Positions 1-13,421 of a DNA stretch of 64,000 nucleotides are shown one piece after another. The notes under the pieces are model-generated. The model did no database searches. It was not told where the DNA came from and saw only the letters and a program-made list of their open reading frames with translations. Both the position numbers and the translations under genes were made by a program. The stretch's first letter is position 1. The number at the start of each line of letters is the position of its first letter. This stretch comes from an uncultured Deinococcaceae bacterium (lineage in GTDB: Bacteria > Deinococcota > Deinococci > Deinococcales > Deinococcaceae). Where the stretch lies: NCBI GenBank assembly GCA_964252075.1, contig CAXULY010000025.1, positions 18,447-82,446 on the forward strand, in the 5' to 3' direction.

Positions 1-1
1 T

Positions 2-91
2 GGAGAGGTGCCCGAGTGGTTGAAGGGGTACGCCTGGAAAGCGTATGTAGGGGAAACCTTACCGAGGGTTCGAATCCCTCTCTCTCCGCCA
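2..91 (+). tRNA. tRNA-Ser (anticodon GGA)
   Basis: GGAGAGG...TCTCTCC acceptor stem, anticodon arm TACGC-CT-GGA-AA-GCGTA, long variable arm, GTTCGAATC T-loop, encoded CCA. Confidence 0.97.
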
Positions 92-172
92 GCCGCGAGG
101 CGCGCCCTGATGGGCGCGCCTCGTTCACATCGGGCTCATCGGTGCGCCAGACGGATGCGCCTATGCTGGGTC

Positions 173-754
173 ATGCTGCCACTGCTGAAACAGGTGCTCG
201 ACAACTTCAACTTCGACGTGGACCCGGACAAGACGCGCGAGGAGAACGCCGACGACGTCATCAAGTCCGCGGCGCTGCTCTCCGGCGCCATCGCGGTGGA
301 ACCGCTGCCCTTCGCGGACATGCTGCTCATCACGCCCGTCCAGCTGAAGATGGTGCTGCACATCGGCAAGATCTACGGCTTCGACGTCACGCCGCAGCGC
401 GCCCGTGAGATCGTGACGGAACTCGGCGCGGCCCTCGCGTATGGGTTCGCGGCGCGCCAGGTGATGCGCGGCGTCGCGAAGATCATCGCCCCGGTGATTG
501 GCGGGATCGTGACGGCGCCCCTCGTGTACGGCTGGACGTTCGGGCTGGGGCGCCTCGCGGAGACGTACTTCCAGCGCAAGATTCAAGACCTGCCGTTCGA
601 GCGGGTGGACCGCGCGAAGGTCGTGCAGGAGGCGCAGCGCACCACGCGGCGCATCCTGCCGAGCGCGGACGACTTCAGTCAGCTGGCGCGTGAGCTGCGC
701 AGGCGCGCGCAGGACAAGGAGAAGTCCGCGAACGAATCGCGCGACCTGAACTGA
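173..754 (+). CDS. DUF697/YcjF-like protein
   Basis: Motif [11 protein letters not shown]...Q..MV..IG.IYG; ATG 173 lies just after a TATGCT -10; the upstream ORF extension overlaps the tRNA. Confidence 0.7.
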   Translation: MLPLLKQVLDNFNFDVDPDKTREENADDVIKSAALLSGAIAVEPLPFADMLLITPVQLKMVLHIGKIYGFDVTPQRAREIVTELGAALAYGFAARQVMRGVAKIIAPVIGGIVTAPLVYGWTFGLGRLAETYFQRKIQDLPFERVDRAKVVQEAQRTTRRILPSADDFSQLARELRRRAQDKEKSANESRDLN

Positions 755-818
755 CGGCAAGAAAGGGGCGGCGGCGGCCAAAACCTCCGCCGCCCCTTTT
801 GTTGTGTGCGCGGTGCAT

Positions 819-1196
819 TCAGGGCACGCGCAGCCACACGCGACCCTCGCTGGGGCGCACCTCGAAGGTGGGCAGGGCGACGCCTTCGTGCTCCAGGCTG
901 CGGCCGCTCGCGAGGTCGAAGGTGTGCTTCAGCAGGGGGGACACGACGCGCACCACGTCGTGACTGCGTCCCACGATGCCACGCGACATGATGAACGCCC
1001 GCGCGTACGGGTCGTAGTTGCTGATGGCGTACATGCGGTCCTCCAGGCCCGCGCTGCTCAGGCGGAACACCGCGATCTGCCGCCCGGCGACCGTCACGCA
1101 GACGCCGCTGTTCGGGGCGATATCATCCACGTCGCACACAGCGGTCCAGGCGCCATCAGGGAAGTGGGAGGTGCTGGTGTTACTGGTCAGGGTCAT
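819..1196 (-). CDS. nirD: Nitrite reductase small subunit (Rieske-like NirD)
   Basis: WTAVC..DDI.P..GV....G.QIAVF, YAISNYDP...A..MSRGIVG, VSPLLKH.FDL.SG; RBS AAAGGA before ATG 1196. Confidence 0.85.
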   Translation of the reverse strand: MTLTSNTSTSHFPDGAWTAVCDVDDIAPNSGVCVTVAGRQIAVFRLSSAGLEDRMYAISNYDPYARAFIMSRGIVGRSHDVVRVVSPLLKHTFDLASGRSLEHEGVALPTFEVRPSEGRVWLRVP

Positions 1197-1561
1197 GGTG
1201 TCCTTTCTTGGGAGGGCCGGCGCGTCTATACCAAGGCTTAGGGCCGCTCTGGGACCTCTATAGACCTCAGTTTCGGCCAAAATCTGCGTCTTGTCAAAGA
1301 TTTTTTTGACAGGACGCAGACTGGACGGACGAACGAGAAGAAAAATTCACTGTTTTAGAACCTGTGTGAACGAATTCCGATACAACGCTGAATCACGCCG
1401 ACTTCAGAAAGTGAAGCCCAGGACCAGGTGCGCGAGTGAATGCGCGACGCCCACTCACTCATCTGAGCCCATACCTCACCTCAAGCCAGCGGGGCGCTTA
1501 GCGCGCCAGGGGTGGCCCCCCGCCACCCGGCTGATGCGCCGCATTGCGCTATGCTGAATGT

Positions 1562-1781
1562 GCGTTGATCCGCAGGAGTACCGGCGCGGGTTGCCCCTGA
1601 GCGAGTCTGGGACGGTGAGAGCCAGACGGGTGGATGTCCGGGAAGGCAGCGGGGAGCAGCAGATGGGCAAGAGGTGCCCCACACGCCGGAGACACCGGCC
1701 GAGGGGAACTGGGGTGGAACCGCGTAGAAGCTGTTTTCTGCGTCCCCAGGCGAGCGCATCGCCTGGGGACTGTCGTTTCTG
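1562..1781 (+). promoter_or_regulatory. Glycine T-box riboswitch leader
   Basis: T-box AACTGGGGTGGAACCGCG at about 1707-1724, GGC specifier 1645-1647, terminator stem 1742-1770, TATGCT -10 at 1550-1555; upstream of glyQS. Confidence 0.9.
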
Positions 1782-1807
1782 CCAGGCGGGCGCGGAGAGG
1801 AGAGACC

Positions 1808-3322
<1,515 letters not shown>

Positions 3323-3369
3323 AGGGTGGGCCTCGGGGCCGCCGGGCGTGTCCGGCGGCCCCGTGGCCC

Positions 3370-3978
3370 TCACCGCACGCCCAGTGCCTCCAGCGCCAAG
3401 CGCAGCTGCTCCACGTTCTGATACTGGATGGCGTGCATGCCGACGCTGCGCGCCGCCTCCGCGTTCTGCGCGCGGTCGTCAATCATGACGGCCTGCTCTG
3501 GCCTCACGCCCGCGAGGTCCAGGCCCGCCCGGTACATGCTGGGGTTCGGTTTCGCCATGCCCAGGTAGCACGACGTGAAGAAGCCCAGCAGGAAGTCCTG
3601 CAGCCTGAACGCGCGGATGCGGTGCGCGTTCAGTTCGCGGCTCTCGTTGTTCAGCGCGAACATGCGGTGCCGCGCCCCGAGCGCCCGCGCGAACGCCAGC
3701 GTGTCCTCGTGCGGCTCGCTCTGCGCCAGCATCGCGTCCACGAAGGCCGAGTGCGTGAAGGCCCGCGGGGCGCTGAACACCGTCTGGCGCAGGTAATCGT
3801 CCATGCTGATGCGGCCCAGCTCCAGTTCCGGCACGATCAGCTTGTGGCGCTCCTGGAAGTCCTGCGGGTCCAGTCCGAACTGCGTCACCACGCGCGCCCG
3901 CTGCTCGCGGTCCCAGCCGTTCGAGGCGAGCACCCCACCGATGTCCCAGAAGACCGCGCGGATGTCCGTTGAAGTCAT
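3370..3978 (-). CDS. HAD-family hydrolase
   Basis: FWDIGGVL motif I, KP motif, IDD motif. Confidence 0.85.
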   Translation of the reverse strand: MTSTDIRAVFWDIGGVLASNGWDREQRARVVTQFGLDPQDFQERHKLIVPELELGRISMDDYLRQTVFSAPRAFTHSAFVDAMLAQSEPHEDTLAFARALGARHRMFALNNESRELNAHRIRAFRLQDFLLGFFTSCYLGMAKPNPSMYRAGLDLAGVRPEQAVMIDDRAQNAEAARSVGMHAIQYQNVEQLRLALEALGVR

Positions 3979-4083
3979 GCCTGGACTCTAGTGTGTCGGG
4001 CCGCCTGCGGCGCCGCCCCGTCATGTGGCGCAGGAGGGCGGGTTCGCGCCGTGTGTGCGGCCCTCATGCCGTATACTTCGCTC

Positions 4084-4113
4084 ATGTCATTCGTGCTGTG
4101 TTGCCCCCGGTAG
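4084..4113 (+). CDS. Putative cysS leader peptide MSFVLCCPR
   Basis: ATG TCA TTC GTG CTG TGT TGC CCC CGG TAG, 6 nt after TATACT (4072-4077); tandem Cys codons upstream of cysS. Confidence 0.8.
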   Translation: MSFVLCCPR

Positions 4114-4134
4114 CGGTTGCAGCGCAGTCCGCCT

Positions 4135-4174
4135 GCCGCCGCGTGTGTCCCCCGACCACGCGGCGGCGTTTTTT
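4135..4174 (+). terminator. Attenuator terminator of the cysS leader
   Basis: 11-bp stem GCCGCCGCGTG/CACGCGGCGGC followed by T6. Confidence 0.8.
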
Positions 4175-4194
4175 GTGTTCAGAAAGGCCCACCC

Positions 4195-5655
4195 GTGACC
4201 CAGCACCCGGACATTCACCTGTATGACACCCGCGAGCGGCGCAAGGTGCGCTTCGAGCCCAGCACGCCGGGCCGCGTCGGCATGTACCTGTGCGGACCCA
4301 CCGTGTACAGCGACGCGCACCTCGGGCACGCGAAGAAGGAAGTGGCCTTCGACGTGATCCGCCGCTACCTTATGCACGCCGGGTACAGCGTGCGCTACGT
4401 CTCGAACATCACGGACGTCGGGCACCTCCTGAACGACGCGGACGAAGGCGAGGACAAGATCGCGGCGCGCGCCGCACTGGAGCGCCTGGAGCCCATGGAA
4501 GTCGCGGACAAGTACTACTGGAGTTTCGTGGACGACATGGCGCGCCTGAACGTCCTGCGGCCCAGCATCAACCCGCGCGCGACCGGGCACATCACCGAGC
4601 AGATCGAGCTGATTCAGGAACTCATCGAGCGCGGGCACGCGTACGAGTCCGAAGGCAGCGTGTACTTCGACGTGCGCAGCTGGCCGCGCTACGGCGAGCT
4701 GTCCGGCCGCAAGCTGGACGACCAGGAGGAAGGCACGCGCGAGGCGGTGCGCAGCGAGAAGCGCGATCCGCGCGACTTCGCCCTCTGGAAGCGCGCCGAG
4801 CCGACCCACATCATGCGCTGGAACTCCCCGTGGGGCGAGGGCTTCCCCGGCTGGCACATCGAGTGCAGCGCCATGAGCCTCAAGTACCTGGGGGAGGGCT
4901 TCGACATTCACGGCGGCGGCCTGGACCTGCAGTTCCCGCACCACGAGGCGGAGATCGCGCAGGCGGAGGCCGCGGGGCATCCCTTCGCGCGCTACTGGAT
5001 GCACAACAACATGCTGACCATCGGCGGCGAGAAGATGAGCAAATCCAAGGGGAACTTCACGACCCTTAAGGACCTCTTCGCGCGCCTCGATCCCATGATC
5101 GTGCGCTTCCTGCTGGTGGGCAGCCACTACCGCAGCGTCACGGAGTTCTCCGAGGAGGCCTTCGAAGGCGCGCGGAACGGCTACCGCCGTCTCACGGAGG
5201 CCCTGCACGAGATCGAGCGTCGCCTCACGAACGCCCCCGAGGCGGCCGGGGGGGACGCCGCGCTCCTCGCGCGCGTGGAGGCGCACGCGCAGGAATTCGA
5301 GTCGGCCATGCGGGATGACTTCAACACCCCGCGCGCCATCGCGGCCCTCTTCGGCCTCACCAGCGACGTGAACGCCGCGCTCACCGCCGGGGAGGTCGGG
5401 CAGGGCGCACTGCAGGCCGCGCGCGCCGCGTACCGCGAGCTGGGCGGCCACGTGCTGGGCCTCTTCACGCAGGGCGGCGAGGTGCGCCAGGACGACACGC
5501 AGTTCGTGAGCACCCTGATGGACATCGTGCTGGAGGCGCGCGCGAACTACCGCCTGAACAAGCAGTGGCCGCAGGCGGACGCCCTGCGCGACAAGCTCAG
5601 CAGCGTCGGCGTGACGGTCGAGGACGGCAAGGACGGCAGCCGCTGGCGCCGCTGA
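4195..5655 (+). CDS. cysS: Cysteine--tRNA ligase
   Basis: CGPTVY, HLGH, PGWHIEC, KMSKS; GTG after AGAAAGG. Confidence 0.97.
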   Translation: MTQHPDIHLYDTRERRKVRFEPSTPGRVGMYLCGPTVYSDAHLGHAKKEVAFDVIRRYLMHAGYSVRYVSNITDVGHLLNDADEGEDKIAARAALERLEPMEVADKYYWSFVDDMARLNVLRPSINPRATGHITEQIELIQELIERGHAYESEGSVYFDVRSWPRYGELSGRKLDDQEEGTREAVRSEKRDPRDFALWKRAEPTHIMRWNSPWGEGFPGWHIECSAMSLKYLGEGFDIHGGGLDLQFPHHEAEIAQAEAAGHPFARYWMHNNMLTIGGEKMSKSKGNFTTLKDLFARLDPMIVRFLLVGSHYRSVTEFSEEAFEGARNGYRRLTEALHEIERRLTNAPEAAGGDAALLARVEAHAQEFESAMRDDFNTPRAIAALFGLTSDVNAALTAGEVGQGALQAARAAYRELGGHVLGLFTQGGEVRQDDTQFVSTLMDIVLEARANYRLNKQWPQADALRDKLSSVGVTVEDGKDGSRWRR

Positions 5656-6167
5656 TGACGCCCGAGCTTCAGCTGGTGCGCCCGGACGCCACGCACGTGC
5701 TGGCGTTCGGTGCGGCCCTGCCGGAGTTCCACGCCGAGGGCCGCCTGCTGGACGTGCACCCGGACGGCGTGGCCGCGCACGTCCGCGAACTGCGCCTCTC
5801 GGCGGTCGAGCCCGGCCAGTACGGCGTGCGCGAGACGGTGCTGTGGGCGCTGCTGGGGCGCGAGTTCGTGGGGCGCGTGAACCTCCGCCACGACCTCACA
5901 CCGGAGCTGCGCCTGTGGGGCGGGCACATCGGGTACGAGGTGCGGCCCTCCGCGCGGCGCCGCGGCGTGGGGCGGGCGTTGCTGCGCGGCGCCCTGCCGC
6001 ACGCGCGCGCCCTCGGCCTGACGCGCGTGCTGCTCACCTGCGACGACACGAACCTCGCGTCCATCCGCATCATCGAGGGTGAGGGCGGTGTGCTGGAGGA
6101 CATCACCCCCGGCCCGCAGGGCGAGCGGCGCCGCCGCTACTGGATTGCCCTCCCCGGTCAGCCCTGA
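5655..6167 (+). CDS. GNAT acetyltransferase
   Basis: GGHIGYEVRPSARRRG, LTCDDTNLAS; start overlaps the cysS stop. Confidence 0.85.
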   Translation: MTPELQLVRPDATHVLAFGAALPEFHAEGRLLDVHPDGVAAHVRELRLSAVEPGQYGVRETVLWALLGREFVGRVNLRHDLTPELRLWGGHIGYEVRPSARRRGVGRALLRGALPHARALGLTRVLLTCDDTNLASIRIIEGEGGVLEDITPGPQGERRRRYWIALPGQP

Positions 6168-6201
6168 CACAATTCCGTCATGGCGCTGTCAAGATGGAGG
6201 G

Positions 6202-6900
6202 ATGAAGCTCAACAAGCGCCTGAAACGGCTGTGGCCGGACCTGCTCGCGGGTCACCCCACAGCCGTCCATGAGACGCGCAAGATCACCCGCCGCGCGCAG
6301 GCCGCCCTGCGCGCCGACGGCGGGCACAAGAAGGCGCGCCTCGCGTGGCGTGACCTGCGCCGCGCCATCTCTCCCGTCCGCGACTGGGACGCCGTCGGCG
6401 TGCACCTCCGTGAGGGGCTCACGGAACTCGGCGCGGGCGCGCAGGTCCTGAAGCGGTTCGACCACGCCTGGATGACCGAGCGCGCCGCCCGCTGGGCGCA
6501 ACTGCAACTCCCGGAGCACCCGCCGCGCTACCGGGCCCACAAACACCACCGTGCGCGTCTCCATCACCGCCTGGAGCGCGACTGGCAGCGCCTCATCGCG
6601 GAGGGCCCACAGCACCTCGCGGCCGCCGAGGACGCCGAATGGCATGTCCTGCGCAAGCAGCTCAAGGCGCTGCGCTACACCTGGGAACTGCAGGGCGAAC
6701 CCCCCGCGGACCTGCTCGCCCTGCTTGAGGCCCTCGGTCGCGTGCAGGACGCCAACGTGGCGCTCGAAGCGATCCGCCACCCGGCCCTTCCGGCCACCTA
6801 CCGCGCGCGGCTCGAAGCGCGGGAGCGCGTCGCGCAGGTGGCGGCGCTCGCCGAAGCGCGTCGGCTGTGGCCGATCGTGGCGGCGCTGCCTCTGCCATGA
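6202..6900 (+). CDS. CHAD domain protein
   Basis: VHETRK..RR, VRDWD, WHVLRKQLKALRY..E, LGRVQD motifs. Confidence 0.8.
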   Translation: MKLNKRLKRLWPDLLAGHPTAVHETRKITRRAQAALRADGGHKKARLAWRDLRRAISPVRDWDAVGVHLREGLTELGAGAQVLKRFDHAWMTERAARWAQLQLPEHPPRYRAHKHHRARLHHRLERDWQRLIAEGPQHLAAAEDAEWHVLRKQLKALRYTWELQGEPPADLLALLEALGRVQDANVALEAIRHPALPATYRARLEARERVAQVAALAEARRLWPIVAALPLP

Positions 6901-6989
6901 CGCCCTGACTGAGCCTGACAGCGGCTGGGTCGTCCGGCACAGCGTCTGCAGCCTTCAAGGCGTCCCCCCGGTTCTCCCCGGAGTTTCAC

Positions 6990-7510
6990 GTGCTGGTCTT
7001 CTCGCACATGGACCACCTGGCGCTGGCGAGTGTCGGGGCGTCCGAGCACCCCCTCCCGAACAGCCTCAGCGCGTCGCCCGCGACAGGTGGTGTCCGCCAG
7101 GAGTACCTGTGGCACGCGCCGCTGAATCAGGGGGAGGCCTGGGCGTCCGCCCTGATGGGCACGGCGGCCCTGCCGTTCGCGAGCACCCAGCGCGTCGAGC
7201 CGGGGGTGAGTCTCCCGTTGGGGAGCGCGGACCTCCTGCCCGGCACGTCCTTCACGCACCTGTACGTCACCCTGCCGTCTTCACGCACCTGTACGTCACC
7301 CTGCCGTTTCAGGACGATCCTGGCGTGCTCGGCCACACCGCGCGGGGCGCCATGCGGAACGCGGACATGTACATCCAGACCCTCTGGCTGGTGCCGCTCT
7401 ACGCGCAGGAGCACGCCGCGCTGCAGGCGGGCCAGGAAGGGCAGCTGGAGCTGGGCGTGCGCGGCTTTGACTTTCGGGCGGCGGACCCGGCGCGCCCCTC
7501 CCTGGTGTGA
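6990..7510 (+). pseudogene. Suppressor-of-fused (SUFU)-like protein, frameshifted
   Basis: LASVGAS near the N-terminus and LWLVPLY..E.....D..RPSLV at the C-terminus sit in different frames joined at a 29-bp tandem duplication. Confidence 0.6.
7250..7307. repeat. 29-bp tandem duplication
   Basis: CTTCACGCACCTGTACGTCACCCTGCCGT x2 (7250-7278, 7279-7307). Confidence 0.95.
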
Positions 7511-7511
7511 C

Positions 7512-8003
7512 TCAGGCGTCGGGCGTGGCGCCAGGGAAGTACGCGACGCGCACCGCCATGTAGGCCACGCCGAGCAGGAACAGCGTGGCGGTGACGAACA
7601 CCACGCGCCTCAGCCAGCCGTCCTTCAGCACGCGCCCGGCAATCAGGAGTTCCAGGACGTACAGGGTCACGAGGGCGAAGCCCGCGTACATCAGGTGATC
7701 CAGGTTGCGTGAGGAATCCACCGGGAAGCCGAAGGCCGTGACCTTGTGCCCGTCCCCCGTCACGTGGTCCGCGGTGGCGCTCGGCACCTTGAGGCCCATG
7801 ATGGCCAGCAGGATGCCCGTCACGGCGTTCACGGCGTACGCCAGCCAGTTCAGGCGCAGCAACCACACGAACAGCGGAGGCACGGTGGGGCGCAGCACCA
7901 TGAAGAGACTCACGAGGAACAGCAGGGCGGCGAGCAGCACGAGGTGATGCCCGACGCCCGGGATGGGCAGGGCGAAGCGGTGAATTTCCCTCAGGACGTT
8001 CAT
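7512..8003 (-). CDS. Hypothetical membrane protein (about 4 TM)
   Basis: Hydrophobic segments; TAGCGT -10 is 6 nt before the ATG. Confidence 0.75.
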   Translation of the reverse strand: MNVLREIHRFALPIPGVGHHLVLLAALLFLVSLFMVLRPTVPPLFVWLLRLNWLAYAVNAVTGILLAIMGLKVPSATADHVTGDGHKVTAFGFPVDSSRNLDHLMYAGFALVTLYVLELLIAGRVLKDGWLRRVVFVTATLFLLGVAYMAVRVAYFPGATPDA

Positions 8004-8097
8004 GTGCTTACGCTACACGGCGCGGCGTGGCCGCCCGTCCCGCCAGACGGCGGGGCCACCAGCGCACGCTTGCCGGTGGCCCCGCCCGCGCCGAACG

Positions 8098-10365
8098 TCA
8101 GTGGCGGTCCTTCGGACCCTGCGGGTCCAGGTCGCTGCCTTCGCCGCCGGCGTCCCCGAAGAGGTGGTCGAGGTCGATGGCGCTGCCGATGCCGCTGAAA
8201 TCAATGCCGGCGTCCCGGGTGTCGACTTCCTCACCCATCACGGCGCGCACGCGTTCCACGGTGGCCTGCAGCCACGCGGGCACGTCGATGGTCAGGGGCA
8301 CCAGGGGCAGCACCGACCCGACGTCGAGGGCGGCGCCGCTGGCGTGCAGGTGAAATCCCGCGGGCAGGCCGCGCAGGCTCACGCGATGGTCCTCGCGGTC
8401 CACGCTGAAGCCCTGCAGGGCGGGCACGCCGTACGCTTCACCCAGGTCGGTGACGCCTTCAGGCAGCTCCTGGGGTTGTTCGCCGGCGTCACCGCGCAGG
8501 ACCAGTCCCTCGTCGGTGAGCTGCAGTTCACGCGGGAGTCCGAGGCCGCCCACGCCGCCCAGCATGCCGAGGCTGGCGATGTCCTGGCTGAGCCGCCCGA
8601 AGTCCGGTGCTGCGGGCCCGGCCGGGGGCGCGGGCGGTTCTGCCGGGAGGGCGGGCGTTTCGGTGGCGGGGGGCGGCGTGGGCGCGACGAACACCGAACG
8701 CACGGGCGCGCCGATCTCCGGTCCGGGCACCACCGCGGCGGCGGACATGCCGCTGGCGAGCAGGTACATCAGGTCGGGGCGCAGGGTGTCCCCGACCGCG
8801 AGGGTGCGGCCCCGTTCCGTGACGCGCAGGCCGGGCGGCAGGCCCACGAGGCGCGCGCCGGGTCCGTCGGCCTCCAGCTTCAGGCCCTCCAGGCTGGCGG
8901 CGCCCAGGCTGCCCACGTCCAGCAGGGTGCCCAGCGCGCCGGCGCGGCGCTGCCCGGTGTCGCCGTGCAGCACCACCTGGCCGTTCTCGACGCTGAGGGC
9001 GCGTGGGTGCGTCAGCCAGTCGTCGGTGGCGGTGGGGGTGGGTGCGGGGCGGCGGCGCGTCCAGGCGAGGACGCCCACCGCCGCGAGCACCAGCAGGGCC
9101 AGCAGCCACGGCCAGGCGGTGCTGCGTGCGTCCGTCTCGGTGCTGACGGGGGGCAGGCGCTGCGTGCGTCCGGAGGTGAACTGAAGTTCGGGTGACTGGG
9201 GTTGTCCCTGCAGGCGGTCGTTGACGATGCTCACGGCGAATTCTCCTCCGGCGGGAATGGGTCGGCCCAGGCTGGCGCCCGTCAGCGTCCAGCGCGCGCC
9301 GTCCGGCACGCGCAGGGACTGGATGGTGGTGGGCTCGCCCCGCACCTGGAAGCGCCACGTGACGCTCTGACCGCGCCGCAGCGCCCCGGACGCGCCCGGG
9401 TTCATCAGCGTGACGTCGCTGTTCGTGCCGCTGCCACTCACGTTGCTGGTGGCGCCCGCCTGGCGGGCGCTCGCCACCGCGGTGGGCGCTGCGGCGCTGG
9501 CGTGTAGGCCGGGCCGGTACACGAGGAGCCGCGGCGTGGCCGTGCTGCCGGTGGCGCAGAGCAGGGCGGCGGTGCCGGCGGGCAGCTGGGCGGCGCCCGT
9601 CAGTTGCGCGGTGGCCTCGTTGCCGCTGACGGCGACGCTGAGGTGCGCGCCGGCGGCCGCGAAGGCGCGGGCGTCGAGCGCCGGGGGCGCGTCCACCTGC
9701 CCGAGGGGCGTGCGGCCCTCCCCGAGCTCAAGCAGGGCGGGCGGCAGGTCCCGCGTGAGGTTCAGCGCGAGGCTGTCGGGCAGGGACACGGGCACGCTGA
9801 AACCGCTGCGCGTGAGGGCCGCGCGCACGGTGGGGGTGAGGGCGGCGCCGGGCGCCACGTAGTACAGCCGGTCGTGGGGACCGCGCGCGCCGCTGAAGGC
9901 GCTCAGCGCGCGGGCGAGGCCGCCCGTGCCGGAGCGCGGGTCGTTGTCGGGGCCGCCAGTGAGCACGTAGATGGTGGTGACGCTGTCCGGGCGCTGCCGC
10001 AGGCCGCTCAGCAGGGTTTCCAGGCTGCGGTTCAGCCAGCGACCGCCGCTGGCCTTGGCGACCGTGCGGAGGTCGCGCAGGGCGTTGCCGCGCTGCTCGG
10101 GCCAGCGGTAGTCCTCGACGCTGCGCAGGCCCTGGTCGTAGGTCGCGAGTTCGATGCGCCCATCGGCCGTCTGGGCGTCCACGGCGCGGCTCACGGCGCC
10201 CAGGAGCGTGGGGGTGGTGATGTGGCGGTCCATCAGGTAGACGGTGCGGACCTGGGTGGGTGGTTCGCCGTCCGGGAGGGCGCATCCTGCCTGCCCCAGC
10301 GCGCTGCCTGAGGCGAGCGCGAGGGCCAGCCACAGGAGCTGTCTGAATGCCGGCGTGTTCCTCAT
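8098..10365 (-). CDS. Signal-peptide, degenerate vWA-like, single-pass membrane protein
   Basis: Signal peptide, VYLMD...IYVLTGG, TM WPWLLALLVLAAVGVLAW, duplicated cytoplasmic domain. Confidence 0.65.
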   Translation of the reverse strand: MRNTPAFRQLLWLALALASGSALGQAGCALPDGEPPTQVRTVYLMDRHITTPTLLGAVSRAVDAQTADGRIELATYDQGLRSVEDYRWPEQRGNALRDLRTVAKASGGRWLNRSLETLLSGLRQRPDSVTTIYVLTGGPDNDPRSGTGGLARALSAFSGARGPHDRLYYVAPGAALTPTVRAALTRSGFSVPVSLPDSLALNLTRDLPPALLELGEGRTPLGQVDAPPALDARAFAAAGAHLSVAVSGNEATAQLTGAAQLPAGTAALLCATGSTATPRLLVYRPGLHASAAAPTAVASARQAGATSNVSGSGTNSDVTLMNPGASGALRRGQSVTWRFQVRGEPTTIQSLRVPDGARWTLTGASLGRPIPAGGEFAVSIVNDRLQGQPQSPELQFTSGRTQRLPPVSTETDARSTAWPWLLALLVLAAVGVLAWTRRRPAPTPTATDDWLTHPRALSVENGQVVLHGDTGQRRAGALGTLLDVGSLGAASLEGLKLEADGPGARLVGLPPGLRVTERGRTLAVGDTLRPDLMYLLASGMSAAAVVPGPEIGAPVRSVFVAPTPPPATETPALPAEPPAPPAGPAAPDFGRLSQDIASLGMLGGVGGLGLPRELQLTDEGLVLRGDAGEQPQELPEGVTDLGEAYGVPALQGFSVDREDHRVSLRGLPAGFHLHASGAALDVGSVLPLVPLTIDVPAWLQATVERVRAVMGEEVDTRDAGIDFSGIGSAIDLDHLFGDAGGEGSDLDPQGPKDRH

Positions 10366-10434
10366 GATATTCACATTACTCTATTTGTTGACGTCTTGCA
10401 TGTGTTCTGCCCCGCACCGGGAGGATGAGGAACG

Positions 10435-12579
<2,145 letters not shown>

Positions 12580-12594
12580 CCTGAAGTGCCCACA

Positions 12595-12620
12595 AGCCTC
12601 CCTCCGGGGAGGCTTTTTTT
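12595..12620 (+). terminator. gyrB terminator
   Basis: AAGCCTCCC-TCCG-GGGAGGCTT plus T run. Confidence 0.85.
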
Positions 12621-12652
12621 GTGACGCGGGCGCGTGCGCTACACTGCCAGCC

Positions 12653-13414
12653 ATGACCCCGCTCTCCGCCGATGCCCCCCTGGCGCTCATCGGGTACGGC
12701 CCCAGCACCGCGCGCGCGCTGCGCGAACTGGGCCTCGTGGCGCTCGCGGTGCCCACTGCGCCACTCGCGGAGGTGCTGGGCGCCTGTGTCACCCTGGGCT
12801 TCGCCGGGGCGCTCGTCGCGGACGCGCTGGGCGCCGACGCCTTCGCCCTCACGCAGCCGGACGGCGCCGCGCGCTTGCAGGGCCGCGTGGACGCCCTGAG
12901 CTTCGCGGCGGCCACGCACGGCACGCACACCCTGCAGGACGCCCTGCTGCGCAGCATCGAGGCGAGCGGGTACGCGGCGCGCGGAGGGCGCGCCCTGATC
13001 GTCGGGGACGGCGAGGGCCTCCTGGCGGCGCTGGGCGTCGCGCGCCTGGGCCTGCGGGACGTCACCGTGGCCTCCGGCAGCCTGCCGGAGGCGGAGCGCG
13101 CCCTCGCCGCCCTCCCCGCAGGCGTGCGCGGTCACGCCGTGACCCGCCACGACCCCGCCCTCATCACGCTCGCGGAGCGCGTGGACCTCGTGGTGCTGGC
13201 CTCAGGGGACCTGCCGCGCGGCCTGCTGCAGCCGTACCACGCGCTGCTGGACCTCGCGGGGGCGGGGGAGGGCGCGGCGCGTCACGCGCAGGCGAGCCTC
13301 ATCCCACTGGGTGACCTGAACGCGCAGCGGCTCGCGCTGGCCCTTGAACACGCTACGGGTCAGCGCTTCAAGGCGGAGGCGCTCGGCCCGGTCGCGGGTC
13401 TCGTCACGGGCTGA
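12653..13414 (+). CDS. Shikimate dehydrogenase-like protein (degenerate)
   Basis: [21 protein letters not shown] pattern of the AroE fold; catalytic motifs are poorly conserved. Confidence 0.55.
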   Translation: MTPLSADAPLALIGYGPSTARALRELGLVALAVPTAPLAEVLGACVTLGFAGALVADALGADAFALTQPDGAARLQGRVDALSFAAATHGTHTLQDALLRSIEASGYAARGGRALIVGDGEGLLAALGVARLGLRDVTVASGSLPEAERALAALPAGVRGHAVTRHDPALITLAERVDLVVLASGDLPRGLLQPYHALLDLAGAGEGAARHAQASLIPLGDLNAQRLALALEHATGQRFKAEALGPVAGLVTG

Positions 13415-13421
13415 CCTTCCG

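Noticed and set aside
2..130. tRNA-Ser as an integration site for the 41.5-47 kb island
   Set aside because: No duplicated tRNA 3' end or integrase seen
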